Source: Gammaproteobacteria bacterium (GTDB taxonomy: Bacteria; Pseudomonadota; Gammaproteobacteria; JAADGQ01). From it: a DNA stretch of 64,000 nt. Every line of letters starts with the position of its first letter. Position 1 is the stretch's first letter. The stretch lies in assembly GCA_015490755.1 (NCBI GenBank), contig WFXF01000041.1:64002-128001 (forward strand). Reading direction: 5' to 3'. Shown in pieces: positions 54,116-64,000 of the stretch. The notes beneath the pieces were generated by a model. That model had not been told where the DNA came from and did no database searches. It was given only the letters and a program-made list of their open reading frames with translations. The position numbers and the translations under genes are program-made.

Positions 54116-54946
54116 TTAAAGTGACTTAAAGCGCATTGAAAGATCAATGGCGCGTATATCTTTGGTCAAGAGGCCAATCGAAATATAGTGAACTCCTGTT
54201 TCAGCGATACTGCGCAAAGTATCGATTGAGACGTTGCCAGATGCTTCTAGTTGGGCCTGGCCTTGATTGAGTGCAACCGCTTCATTGAGTTGTTCTATGG
54301 TGAAGTTGTCCAGAAGTAAAATGTCGGCCTCTGCATCAAGTGCCTGTTGCACTTCATCAAGATTTTCTACTTCAACTTCAATGGGCAGTTCAACGCCGGT
54401 TCTGCGTGCGGTATCGACGGCGGCGGCAATGGAACCACAGGCCATAATGTGATTTTCTTTAATCAATATGCCGTCATAAAGCCCCGTTCGGTGATTAAAA
54501 CAGTTGCCGCAGGTGACTGCATATTTTTGTGCAAGACGCAGGCCAGGGATAGTTTTGCGTGTGTCGAGCAATTTTACTGGCAGGTCACTGACAATATCAG
54601 CATATGTTTGAGCACAGGTTGCAGTTGCAGAGAGGGTTTGTAAAAAATTAAGTGCGGTTCGTTCACCGCTGAGCAGTTCACGAGCGGGGCCATAAAGTTG
54701 GCAAAGTACCTGGTCGGGCTCAACTTGGTCACCATCTTCCACTTGCCAATGAATCATGATGTTACCACTCAGCTGTTCGAAGGTATTGTTAAACCATGTT
54801 TTACCGCAGATGGTTGCGTATTCACGGCAGATTACAGTCGCTTCGCAACAGGTATCTACAGGGATCAGGGCGGCGGTGAGGTCGCCATCACCTAAATCTT
54901 CGGCTAAAGCCAGGCGAACGGTTTCCAGTGTACTGTTGTTTAACAT
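54116..54946 (-). CDS. nadC: Quinolinate phosphoribosyltransferase NadC
   Basis: ALAEDLG.GDLT, ERTALN, DTRKT, LIKENH and LLDNF motifs. Confidence 0.96.
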   Translation of the reverse strand: MLNNSTLETVRLALAEDLGDGDLTAALIPVDTCCEATVICREYATICGKTWFNNTFEQLSGNIMIHWQVEDGDQVEPDQVLCQLYGPARELLSGERTALNFLQTLSATATCAQTYADIVSDLPVKLLDTRKTIPGLRLAQKYAVTCGNCFNHRTGLYDGILIKENHIMACGSIAAAVDTARRTGVELPIEVEVENLDEVQQALDAEADILLLDNFTIEQLNEAVALNQGQAQLEASGNVSIDTLRSIAETGVHYISIGLLTKDIRAIDLSMRFKSL

Positions 54947-55267
54947 AATACTGCTTACGATCAATTGAAAAAACAGGTGTTTTATTTTATATGGTTTTTG
55001 ATTAGTATTGGGACTCTTTTTGAAGTTTTTTCAAATTCTTTAATCATAAAAAGTTTAATAAATTTTTTATGCATTGTGAAATTACCCGCAGTTTTTCTGA
55101 ATAACGTATTCAGGCATTCAAGTGTTGGCTTACGTTCGCCGATTTCAAGAAAGATTATTCAAATTACCAGGCCGTTGCACTGAAAATTGCCTTCGTCTTC
55201 AGGGAGAGAAGATTATTTGTTCATTGCGTAGGTTGTTTCAGCGATTATTTAAAAGAGGATGATGTAT

Positions 55268-56575
55268 ATGATGAAACAAAAGGTTCCACTGATTATTATG
55301 GGTACCATCTTTTCTACGACTGCTTTAGCCGTTCCTTTCAGTGGTATGGATCCACGTTCAATGGCTATGGGAGGGACGGGTGTCGCTTCAGCAACAGGAG
55401 CAAATGCCGGTTATTTCAACCCTGCATTATTAGCAGATCCTCAAAAAAACGAAGATTTCAGGTTAATTTTTCCTTCGATAGGTATGGGGGTTGCTGATCC
55501 TGATGAGTTGCTGACAGAGCTGGAAGATTTCCAGGATGGTAATGTGATTGGTAATTTTAGTGATGCGATTGATGCTTATAATCGGATATTGAATTCTCCG
55601 GTTCCAACAACGGAGGCTGGAGTCAATCAGCTGAAAAATAATATTCAGAATAAGGCTGCAGATATTGTAAGCAGTGGTAATATACTTCTTCAAGAGTTGG
55701 TTGACCTTTCTGATAAAGCATTACAATTTACTTTGAATGGAAGTGCTGTAATGGCCATGCCGGATGAAAACCTGGGTTGGTCTGTTAATTTGGCGGGTTG
55801 GGCTTCTGGTGGAATGTTGCTGAATGTGGCGGCCAGTGACCAAAATGAAGTTCAGAGTATTTTAGATGCAGTTGAAGATGTTTCAAATGGAGTGATACCT
55901 AATGATATTTCTACTCTTTCAGGTCTCACCGATCCAACAAATACATTAGAGTCAGCACTGTTGGGTCGAGGTATTGCGGTGGCTGAAATTGGAGTATCAA
56001 TAGCACGTAAATTTGAGTTGGGAGGAATTGGTTTTTCTGCGGGAGTGACTCCGCGTTACCTGCGTGTAGATACCTTTGATTATGAGATTAATATTGATGA
56101 TGCTGAAAAAATTACTTATGACCAGGGGCTGGTATCTGATACTGCTGTGACTGCTGATTTGGGTATTGCCCGGGATTTTGGTAATGGCTGGCGAGCGGGC
56201 TTTGTTGCAAAGAATGTTATTTCACAAGAATTTGTAACTGCCAATAATTATATGATTGAGCTAAACCCGATGCTGCGAGCGGGGGTATCTCATCATACAG
56301 GGTGGAGCACCGTTGCATTAGACGTTGATTTAACGGAGAACGACCCGACTGGAATGGATTCGGCAACGCAGTACGTTGCGATTGGTGGTGAATTGAATGG
56401 TTGGGAGTGGGTGCAAATACGTGCAGGTTACCGAACTAATCTCAGCGAGAATGATCGTGATGTTTTTACCATAGGTGCAGGTATCTCACCATTTGGGGTT
56501 GTTCATCTTGACCTGGCTGTGGCAGGTAATGATAAGGAAGCAGCGGCATCTGCCCAACTAGGTTTGAGCTTTTAA
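55268..56575 (+). CDS. TraF_2-like outer-membrane beta-barrel protein
   Basis: Signal peptide; DPRSMAMGGTGVA...FNPALLA; C-terminal QLGLSF. Confidence 0.8.
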   Translation: MMKQKVPLIIMGTIFSTTALAVPFSGMDPRSMAMGGTGVASATGANAGYFNPALLADPQKNEDFRLIFPSIGMGVADPDELLTELEDFQDGNVIGNFSDAIDAYNRILNSPVPTTEAGVNQLKNNIQNKAADIVSSGNILLQELVDLSDKALQFTLNGSAVMAMPDENLGWSVNLAGWASGGMLLNVAASDQNEVQSILDAVEDVSNGVIPNDISTLSGLTDPTNTLESALLGRGIAVAEIGVSIARKFELGGIGFSAGVTPRYLRVDTFDYEINIDDAEKITYDQGLVSDTAVTADLGIARDFGNGWRAGFVAKNVISQEFVTANNYMIELNPMLRAGVSHHTGWSTVALDVDLTENDPTGMDSATQYVAIGGELNGWEWVQIRAGYRTNLSENDRDVFTIGAGISPFGVVHLDLAVAGNDKEAAASAQLGLSF

Positions 56576-56587
56576 AATTGTTGAAAC

Positions 56588-56618
56588 TGTAGGGGTAACC
56601 TTTGTGGTTGCCCCTGCA
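56588..56618. terminator. REP-like hairpin/terminator between convergent genes
   Basis: TGTAGGGGTAACC-TTTGT-GGTTGCCCCTGCA. Confidence 0.6.
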
Positions 56619-56632
56619 AAAATGATCTTTGT

Positions 56633-57265
56633 TTAGCGAGTTCCAAAGACCACAATAGTTTTTCCTTTCGCTGAAATGAGCTCCTGCATTTCCATCTCTT
56701 TTAAAACACGGCCAACCATTTCACGTGAGCAACCGACGATTTTTCCGATTTCCTGACGGGTAATGCGAATCTGCATACCATCGGGATGCGTCATTGCATC
56801 GGGCTCTTTGGCAAGTTCGAGTAGAGCACGGGCGATACGTCCAGCGACATCCATAAAAGCCAGATCACTGACTTTGCGACTGGTGCTGCGCAAGCGAGAA
56901 GCCATTTGTGCTGCAATTTTGAAAGTGATTTTCGGGTCTTCTTTGGCGACATCGTAAAATTTTGAATAACTGATTTCAGCCACTTCACACTGAACACGTG
57001 TGCGTACCCAGGCGCTACGATTCTGTTCTTCACCAAAGAGTCCCATTTCACCAAAGAAATCACCGGCATTCAGGTAGGTTAAAACAATCTCACGCCCTTC
57101 ATCATCTTCAATGAAAACGGCGACAGAACCTTCTACGATATAATACAACACATCCGATTCATCACCCGCATAAATGATAATGCTTTTCTGGGGGTATCGT
57201 CTGCGATGACAATGGGAAAGAAAGTTCTCCAATGTTTCATCAGGTTTTTTTGTATACAGATCCAT
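56633..57265 (-). CDS. crp: cAMP receptor protein CRP/Vfr
   Basis: [22 protein letters not shown] and [12 protein letters not shown] motifs. Confidence 0.97.
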   Translation of the reverse strand: MDLYTKKPDETLENFLSHCHRRRYPQKSIIIYAGDESDVLYYIVEGSVAVFIEDDEGREIVLTYLNAGDFFGEMGLFGEEQNRSAWVRTRVQCEVAEISYSKFYDVAKEDPKITFKIAAQMASRLRSTSRKVSDLAFMDVAGRIARALLELAKEPDAMTHPDGMQIRITRQEIGKIVGCSREMVGRVLKEMEMQELISAKGKTIVVFGTR

Positions 57266-57381
57266 TGAAAAATATCCTCATCCTTATCTTTAATTAAAGT
57301 AAATAGGTACTTTATATGAGAGTAACTTTGTATAATTGTTCAATATTAAAACGATTATACGAATTATATCGGGAGAAGTGT

Positions 57382-57798
57382 GTGAAAGTTTGCATTAAAT
57401 GGATAGAGAATGCCATGTTTGTGGGTGAGTCTGGCAGTGGGCATGCCGTAGTAATGGATGGCCCGCCTGACGGAGGAGGGCGCAATCTGGGTTTTCGGCC
57501 TATGGAGATGCTACTGCTGGGTTTAGGTGGATGTACCACTTATGATGTGATTCATATATTAAAAAAATCCCGACAATCGGTAACTGATTGCAAGGTAGAT
57601 ATTACAGCGGAGCGTGCTGATTCTGATCCCAAAGTATTTACCAAAATTCATGTGCATTTTATTGTATCGGGTATTGGGCTTAAGGAGGGTGTGGTCAAGC
57701 GTGCGGTGGATCTCTCTTCAGAAAAATATTGCTCGGCATCAATTATGCTGGGTAAATCAGTTGAAATGAGCCACGATTTCTGCATTGTATCGGAGTGA
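57382..57798 (+). CDS. OsmC-family protein (YhfA-like)
   Basis: RPMEMLLLGLGGC and KYCSAS motifs; divergent from crp; GTG start after GGAG. Confidence 0.9.
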   Translation: MKVCIKWIENAMFVGESGSGHAVVMDGPPDGGGRNLGFRPMEMLLLGLGGCTTYDVIHILKKSRQSVTDCKVDITAERADSDPKVFTKIHVHFIVSGIGLKEGVVKRAVDLSSEKYCSASIMLGKSVEMSHDFCIVSE

Positions 57799-57831
57799 GT
57801 TTTTTAAATTAAGTAGTAGGAACTGTTTTAG

Positions 57832-58632
57832 ATGGAAAAACCTATGAAATTAAAATTGCATGGATTTAATAATCTCACTAAAACTTTAAGTTTTAATATC
57901 TATGATATCTGTTATGCCAAAACGAAGGCGGAGCGCAGCCAGTATATTGGATATATCGATGAAGAGTATAATGCTGAGCGACTCACGGGTATTTTAAGCG
58001 AAGTGGCCAACATCATCGGAGCAACCATTCTTAATATTGCTCATCAAGATTACGAACCGCAGGGTGCGAGCGTCACGATGCTGGTTTCTGAGGAACCCAT
58101 TATTGCCGAAACATTATCTAATTCAGATGCGCCTGGGCCATTGCCAGAAACAGTGGTTGCACACCTCGATAAAAGCCATTTGACGGTGCATACCTACCCG
58201 GAGTATCACCCTGATAAAGGTGTTAGTACATTTCGGGTGGACATTGATGTGTCTACTTGTGGCCGTATTTCACCGCTAAAAGCTTTGAACTATCTGATTC
58301 ACAGCTTTGATTCAGATATTGTCACAATGGATTATCGAGTGCGTGGTTTCACTCGTGATGTATTTGGAGAGAAGCACTTTATTGATCATGAAATTAATTC
58401 AATTCAAAACTTTATTGCAGATGATACAAAAAAAATCTATGAAATGATCGATGTGAATATCTATCAGGAAAATATTTTTCACACTAAAATGATGTTGAAA
58501 AAATTTACTTTGGAAAATTATCTATTCAATAAAAATGATAAAAATATTTCCGGGAATGAAGCTCGTCAGATCACCAGACTATTAAGGCATGAAATGGCTG
58601 AAATCTTTTATGGTAGAAATATGAGGTACTGA
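57832..58632 (+). CDS. speD: S-adenosylmethionine decarboxylase proenzyme
   Basis: [15 protein letters not shown] (cleavage site) and DVSTCG motifs. Confidence 0.97.
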   Translation: MEKPMKLKLHGFNNLTKTLSFNIYDICYAKTKAERSQYIGYIDEEYNAERLTGILSEVANIIGATILNIAHQDYEPQGASVTMLVSEEPIIAETLSNSDAPGPLPETVVAHLDKSHLTVHTYPEYHPDKGVSTFRVDIDVSTCGRISPLKALNYLIHSFDSDIVTMDYRVRGFTRDVFGEKHFIDHEINSIQNFIADDTKKIYEMIDVNIYQENIFHTKMMLKKFTLENYLFNKNDKNISGNEARQITRLLRHEMAEIFYGRNMRY

Positions 58633-58638
58633 TTTAAG

Positions 58639-58663
58639 CCGGCAGAGAGTAGTTCTCTGCCGG
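58639..58663. terminator. Hairpin between convergent speD and sodB
   Basis: Perfect 10-bp stem CCGGCAGAGA/TCTCTGCCGG with a 5-nt loop. Confidence 0.65.
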
Positions 58664-58673
58664 TTGGGCAGAT

Positions 58674-59249
58674 TTAAAAGTTAGAGGCAACGAAATCCCA
58701 ATTGACCAGGCCCCAGAACGCTTCAACATACTTGGGACGAGCGTTACGGTAGTCGATATAGTACGCATGTTCCCAAACATCACAAGTTAACAATGGCGTT
58801 TTATTATCTGTGAGTGGACAGCCCGCATTGCTGGTGTTCATGATCTCTAAAGAGCCGTCCTGATTCTTGACGAGCCATGTCCAGCCTGAGCCAAAGTTGG
58901 TCGTTGCGGATGTTGAAAAAGCCTCTTTGAATGCATCAAATGAACCGAATGTGCTATTCATTACATCAGCGAGTGTGCCTGCAGGTCTGCCTTGACTGTC
59001 AGGAGTTAACCCGTTCCAGTAGAATGTATGGTTCCAGGTCTGAGCAGCATTGTTAAAGAGTCCACCAGAAGATTTTTTGATGATCTCTTCCAAAGTAGCC
59101 TCTTCGAAGCTGGTTCCTTTGACCAGATTGTTTAAGTTAGTGACATAGGTGTTGTGATGTTTGCCGTAATGGTACTCTAAAGTTTCTTTTGAAATAGTCG
59201 GTGCAAGTGCATCCATTGCGTAAGGCAGCTCTGGTAATTTGTGATCCAT
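58674..59249 (-). CDS. sodB: Fe superoxide dismutase
   Basis: HYGKHH, Fe-type FNNAAQ.WNH and DVWEHAYY motifs. Confidence 0.96.
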   Translation of the reverse strand: MDHKLPELPYAMDALAPTISKETLEYHYGKHHNTYVTNLNNLVKGTSFEEATLEEIIKKSSGGLFNNAAQTWNHTFYWNGLTPDSQGRPAGTLADVMNSTFGSFDAFKEAFSTSATTNFGSGWTWLVKNQDGSLEIMNTSNAGCPLTDNKTPLLTCDVWEHAYYIDYRNARPKYVEAFWGLVNWDFVASNF

Positions 59250-59324
59250 TTGAAAAACCCTTTGAATTTTTGGTAAGGAAATTAGACATCAATCTTCATC
59301 AGGCGTTCCCAAGGAACTTGATTT

Positions 59325-60902
59325 TTACTCTTGAGAGCGCAATACAGCGACATATTGACTGTTTTTTGGGGCTGAGATCGTTATTTTTTCGCCACCATAA
59401 ACAGTCACATCAGATCGGTTCCACTGATTATTACGTACGTCCAGCCAATCTATCTGAAAGGTCTCTGGGCTCTTTCTCAGGTCAAGTTGTACTGTTGCAT
59501 CATCACGGCCGGTGAAATAGATGGCATACTCTCGTTCTGGGTTTTCCAGCAGGTAGGCTTCATTGCTGGAGCGCTGTGATAGCCTGGCGTTGTTGGGAAC
59601 CATATCAAATAAATTGACACCATCAGCGAACATGCGGACGCTCTTGATCTGTTTCTGACCTTCAGGAGTGAGCCCAAATCCATGGTTTTTGGCTGAGCTG
59701 CTGGGTGGGGTCGGGCGGTGAAAGCGTACGGCTGCTGCACCACCAAATACCAGACGCCACATTTTGTCTTCATCATCATACCGCCCTTTGGCTTCAGCCT
59801 CTTTGGATGATCGGTAAATTTTTACTGCATTGATCGGCTTTTTTCTGTTTTTAAGCTGTTCGCGAGCATAGATGATCTCATTGTATTGAGTTTGTCCACC
59901 CAGCTGGTTTACCTGAGAGATCTCAAAAAAATCAGTATTAGACTGTAGTGCTTCCTGCTGCTGAGGCTGAGTCATGTAATATTTGTCAGCCATATCCGTC
60001 ACATAGATTGTTTTACCTTGAGATTTAGCATAATCAGAGGCAAAAGTAACCCAATAGTTGGCCCATTCAATAGGAATAATCCACTGACGTTCATTCTGTA
60101 CGTTATAGAGTACATTATCGTATTTTAGTGTGCTGTCGAGAACACGACGAATGAATTTTTCCTGATAGCCTCGAACCATCGCATTGTCGTTAGACATACC
60201 AGGAATTGTGTAATGAAAGCCAATATTTTTCCACTCTTTTTCCCAAGTGGCAATCGTGGTGTTGGTGGTGGGGATACCACTCTCTTCTGCACTGTAGTTT
60301 ATGTTGTTTTTTGGGTTCCAGGAAAGTTTGTCATAACGAAAATAGAAATTACCCAATTTTCCACTCAGGTTACCGTCAATGAAATCAAATGCTTCCCAAA
60401 ATGTAAGTTGGACTATTATGTCACGTTTTCTTGCTTCGGTAAGTAACCTTTCAAGGCGTTGAAAGTATTCCGGGTTGAATATGTTGAGGTCGTACCCTTT
60501 TTCGGTTTTGGCGTGGGGCATCACATCATTTTGATCCAGGCCAGAGAGATTATTGTGAGCGTGGTTTAATACATTGCGTATATAATTGCCGCCAGAGCTC
60601 TGTAATAGATCAAGGTGTGCTACCATCTCGTCGATGGGCCATTGAAAGAGTCCATCATCATTTTCACCACCAATGAGCAGTATGGGCTGAGCCTGGTATT
60701 CCCAATAGTAAGGTTTATTGATACTGGGCTGGATCAATTTTTTGCTACTGGGTTGCTTTTGTATCGATTCAGATAGTGCTGTTTCAGGTAGATCTTCCAG
60801 CGTTGTGCTGTCATTTTTGCCACCACAAGCCACCAGAATGAGTATGAAAAGCAAAGAGATGGTGATCAGTCGAAACCACGAAAGGATTTTTATAATAATC
60901 AT
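59325..60902 (-). CDS. Lipoprotein with a glycoside-hydrolase-like TIM barrel and a C-terminal beta-sandwich (collagen-binding-like)
   Basis: Lipobox LVAC; GGNYIR, YFQRL, NVLYNVQNE (NE-type acid/base position); C-terminal YAIYF...WLD. Confidence 0.7.
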   Translation of the reverse strand: MIIIKILSWFRLITISLLFILILVACGGKNDSTTLEDLPETALSESIQKQPSSKKLIQPSINKPYYWEYQAQPILLIGGENDDGLFQWPIDEMVAHLDLLQSSGGNYIRNVLNHAHNNLSGLDQNDVMPHAKTEKGYDLNIFNPEYFQRLERLLTEARKRDIIVQLTFWEAFDFIDGNLSGKLGNFYFRYDKLSWNPKNNINYSAEESGIPTTNTTIATWEKEWKNIGFHYTIPGMSNDNAMVRGYQEKFIRRVLDSTLKYDNVLYNVQNERQWIIPIEWANYWVTFASDYAKSQGKTIYVTDMADKYYMTQPQQQEALQSNTDFFEISQVNQLGGQTQYNEIIYAREQLKNRKKPINAVKIYRSSKEAEAKGRYDDEDKMWRLVFGGAAAVRFHRPTPPSSSAKNHGFGLTPEGQKQIKSVRMFADGVNLFDMVPNNARLSQRSSNEAYLLENPEREYAIYFTGRDDATVQLDLRKSPETFQIDWLDVRNNQWNRSDVTVYGGEKITISAPKNSQYVAVLRSQE

Positions 60903-60987
60903 GTTACTGAACTTTAGTCATTTTTTGAGTGGATGCTATAATCGCTTTTGTATCAAAAAATTACTGTGTGTTGGCTGACAATGTGTA

Positions 60988-61003
60988 CGTGAATTGTGTC
61001 ACA
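60988..61003. promoter_or_regulatory. Putative CRP site upstream of the lipoprotein gene
   Basis: CGTGA-N6-TCACA, 9/10 match to the TGTGA-N6-TCACA core. Confidence 0.6.
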
Positions 61004-61027
61004 AAGTATTCGATTTCAATACTGTTC

Positions 61028-62593
61028 TTATGGATAAAAACTCTCTTTGGATATATTTGAGGTATTTGTTACGGGAGCCTTTTTAATCTTTTTTATAGCG
61101 CGTCTTATAGTGATATCATCAGGAGCGTCACCTTTACCATAGCTCGATTTTTGTACCGCACGGATAACATCTCTGATTTCAGTATCAATTTCATGATGTT
61201 GTTCCCATTGGTTGAGTCCTTGCTCCAATGTCTGGCTGTTCAAGGCATCAAGAAGTAATGCTTTGGGAGACGAAGAGCTAGTTGGTTTTGGGTGAACGTT
61301 TTGATGGATTGTCTTTTTTGTATGGGTGAATCGTTCTCGTTGCCAAAGTATTAAAATGATGATGCACAGCAGGGCAAATATAAAAGTCAGCCATTGCCAA
61401 ACCGATGGTGAGCTGAAGGAGAGTGGTTCTTCGTGGGACTCAGCCGGTACAGTGGTTATTTGTGGAGCTGCTGTTGATGATGGGGCGATTTTTATTGTTG
61501 ATCCTTTTAATACAGTTTTTTCAACGTGGCCGGTCTCCGGGTTAAAAAAAGGGACCTCTATCGGTGGTAATGTGATCGTTCCTGCTGTTATTGGTATCAA
61601 TGAAAAATGATAAGTAACCGTATGACTGAGTGTTTCAGGCGTTTTATTTGCTATTGTGACTGGAGCATCACGATAGATTTTGAGCTTTGGTGTGCTTGAA
61701 AGTGTTCCGAGTATTTGAGGGAGTGCGTTTGCTTGAGCGGGGCTACTCAGTTCCACTTTCCAGGAAGAAAGTTGACCCACCGAAGGTGTATTGTTCAGCT
61801 CAGTTTGAGCAAGCATGACTGAGCCGACAATCATGTTTTTGGGAACAGAAGCTGGAAGTGGTTTTACTTCTATCACTTGTTTTTGCACTGGAAAACGTTG
61901 CTTGCGCCCATCTTTGGTCACAATCCAGAGATCGGGCAGATAGAGAACTTGCTGGCCGCTTTGTGACGGATAAACAGCCCATGAGAGCCGTGTAATATTG
62001 TAGTCAAACCCCTTGCTGTTTTCCCGACGTTCAGATTGAGGCAGGTTGATCGTATCTGAAATAAAAGGTTCAGTATCCAGCTTTCCGCCGAGTTTGGCTT
62101 CGCTGAGTTCGGTGCGATGATAAAGGTCGATGTATGTCGTGAGTTGTTGATTGATCCAGACAGATGAATGAGAGAGTCCGCTTTTTATAAATACTTCAGG
62201 GGCAGGGTTTTGATTTTCAATAACATTGATAATGATCTCTTCAGTTTTTAAGCCATCAATTAAAAAAGGTGGAATGGTAAGTTTTCCCGGTTGTTTAGGA
62301 AAAAGTTCGACACTGATGCTGGATGTTGATCGTCCATGATTGCGATAAATATTGAAGCGGTTTTCAGCGCGTGGTGTGCCCAAGTCAAATAATTGGGTGA
62401 GAAGTGATAAATCAATATTAGGTGAAATTCCTTGCGCGCGCAGGCGTGTATCACTATTTTTTAATGTCAGTTTGAGCGTCAGGTGCTCTTCGGTAGTGAT
62501 CTGGTAACGGTCCACTTCGGCAATGAATGTTGCAGAGAGCGTAACATGACTTGATAGAAGTAAAACCAGAAAAGTGAGCGCTCTGATTACCAT
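61028..62593 (-). CDS. BatD family protein
   Basis: Signal peptide; AEVDR; repeated G.L/I.IPP Ig-like modules; C-terminal TM. Confidence 0.85.
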   Translation of the reverse strand: MVIRALTFLVLLLSSHVTLSATFIAEVDRYQITTEEHLTLKLTLKNSDTRLRAQGISPNIDLSLLTQLFDLGTPRAENRFNIYRNHGRSTSSISVELFPKQPGKLTIPPFLIDGLKTEEIIINVIENQNPAPEVFIKSGLSHSSVWINQQLTTYIDLYHRTELSEAKLGGKLDTEPFISDTINLPQSERRENSKGFDYNITRLSWAVYPSQSGQQVLYLPDLWIVTKDGRKQRFPVQKQVIEVKPLPASVPKNMIVGSVMLAQTELNNTPSVGQLSSWKVELSSPAQANALPQILGTLSSTPKLKIYRDAPVTIANKTPETLSHTVTYHFSLIPITAGTITLPPIEVPFFNPETGHVEKTVLKGSTIKIAPSSTAAPQITTVPAESHEEPLSFSSPSVWQWLTFIFALLCIIILILWQRERFTHTKKTIHQNVHPKPTSSSSPKALLLDALNSQTLEQGLNQWEQHHEIDTEIRDVIRAVQKSSYGKGDAPDDITIRRAIKKIKKAPVTNTSNISKESFYP

Positions 62594-64000
62594 GGATCTT
62601 CCTTGGACGTGGTCATGCTTTGTCGATCATGTTCCTGAAACTGATATTTAAGCAGTGGGTTTGGGGGGGTATTGAGTGCTTTCATCTGTTGCTCTGCTTT
62701 AACAACTCTCTCTTTTTGGGTCATCTCTTCTTTTCCAGCCAGTGTTGGATCAATCGACCCTGTTTCAGCGGGCCTGTTTTGTGATAAAGACTTAATCTTT
62801 TGGTTTGAGTTGCCTGACGATGGTAATAGTGTTTTGATCAAATTCAAATTTAATATGGCCTCTTTATAGTTCTTTTTCCAGTGCAATGCTCTTTGATAAG
62901 CGATTTGTGCTTTCTCAAACTGGTGCAGCCTGGTTAAGGCGTTAGCTTCGTTGAATGATGTATGTGCACGTTGATCATTTGTCTCAGCCAATTTAAATGC
63001 TTGCTGATAAGCATAGATCGATTCTTGCCACTTTTGTTGTCGATAATAGGCAGCACCGAGCCCCATATAGCCGTTATAAGTGAGAAGAGTCTGGTAGAGT
63101 TTTATGGCTTGTGGGTAATGACCACTTTTGAGTGCATTATGTGCTTGTTGTTCCTGCCACACATTAGCATGGCTCGGATCAGGAGTTGCTAACAACAGAG
63201 GCAATAGAGTCAAAAGTAAGATTGAGTTGTGGCGGTACATTCTTTGATATAAAAATAGTAATAAGCTGATTGAAAGCAGCCATGGAAAAAGCTCGACTTT
63301 ATTGTTTGTCACCTGGATGGGGTAGTGATTTGTTTCTGTTTGTTGGCGCAGCAGCTTTATAATTGTTTCCCAATCACTATCATCATTTTTTAATGATATA
63401 TAATTTTCAGCTCTTGTTATTGATGAGAGCTTTTCGGATTGTAAGCGGGAGATGACAAGTTTTTGGTTTTGACGAATAAAATATCCTGACTGACTCGGGA
63501 TGGGGCCACCGTCTGGAGTACCCATTCCAATAATAAACAGAGGACTTTTTAGATTGTTTTTCCCCACTTCAAGTACCGTTTCATTATGAATTTCACCATC
63601 ACTAAGCAAGATGATAGCGCGTCCGTTTTTATTGCCCTGGTTAAGCAGTTTTTCAGCCTCAATCAATGCTTGCCCCAGATTGGAACCTCTTTTTGTCACA
63701 AGCGAAGGTTCCAGTGCATTGACAAAATAAAGAAAGGTATTGTAATCAAAGGTGAGTGGCAATACGGGATAGGCATTTGCTGAAAAAGCGACCAGTGCAA
63801 TGCGGTCACCCTTGAGCTTTTGAATAAAATCACCCAATTCCAGCTTGCTTCGTGCAAGTCGATTTGGGGGGATGTCTGTGACTTGCATCGAGGGTGAAAT
63901 ATCAATAATCACTGCAATATCGACCCCTGTGCGTGTGGAGGTCTCTTGGTCGGTAATAATGAATGGCCCAGCTAATGCGGTGATGCCTAAACTCCAGGCA
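62587..64000 (-). CDS. VWA + TPR protein (BatB/BatC-like), 5'-partial
   Basis: Frame open to the window edge (ALAGP...DIAVIIDISPSM); MIDAS DxSxS; PNRL, LLSDGE; TPR repeats. Confidence 0.88.
   Translation of the reverse strand, partial: AWSLGITALAGPFIITDQETSTRTGVDIAVIIDISPSMQVTDIPPNRLARSKLELGDFIQKLKGDRIALVAFSANAYPVLPLTFDYNTFLYFVNALEPSLVTKRGSNLGQALIEAEKLLNQGNKNGRAIILLSDGEIHNETVLEVGKNNLKSPLFIIGMGTPDGGPIPSQSGYFIRQNQKLVISRLQSEKLSSITRAENYISLKNDDSDWETIIKLLRQQTETNHYPIQVTNNKVELFPWLLSISLLLFLYQRMYRHNSILLLTLLPLLLATPDPSHANVWQEQQAHNALKSGHYPQAIKLYQTLLTYNGYMGLGAAYYRQQKWQESIYAYQQAFKLAETNDQRAHTSFNEANALTRLHQFEKAQIAYQRALHWKKNYKEAILNLNLIKTLLPSSGNSNQKIKSLSQNRPAETGSIDPTLAGKEEMTQKERVVKAEQQMKALNTPPNPLLKYQFQEHDRQSMTTSKEDPW

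Noticed and set aside
54965..55183. 72-aa ORF between nadC and the TraF-like gene
   Set aside because: AT-rich divergent promoter region, TTG start, no motif

Overview
Chromosomal window from a gammaproteobacterium; the gene order and the glycogen/oxidative-PPP cluster would fit a sulfur-oxidiser-like lineage, which is inference only. 1-21.7 kb is an intact dcw cluster (ftsL end, ftsI, murE/F, mraY, murD, ftsW, murG/C/B, ddl, ftsQAZ, lpxC) followed by dciA, secA and argJ. Next come a YhcB/ZapG gene fused to a degenerate truncated-globin domain, folA-thyA, a SWIM-SNF2 helicase with an unknown exported protein, a patch of mobile-DNA debris, fliL-like/srkA/phoRB/rimO/glgA, gnd-zwf-pgi, an AT-rich glycosyltransferase/wzy pair next to tRNA-Leu, rnr-rlmB-gltX and tRNA-Ala/tRNA-Glu. 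A decayed islet of about 4.7 kb sits at the tRNA-Glu 3' end. It holds two serine-recombinase tails that read antisense through the att core, an IS fragment, an intact AbiEi/AbiEii pair with an operator, REP doublets (one interrupted by a 126-bp MITE), and a group II intron D5/D6 remnant abutting an integron-cassette-like mazEF module. The rest is an SLT gene, proS, nadC, a TraF-like outer-membrane protein, crp, an OsmC-family gene, speD, sodB, a glycoside-hydrolase-like lipoprotein and part of a Bat/VWA operon. All family calls come from motif recognition by eye; no searches were run.
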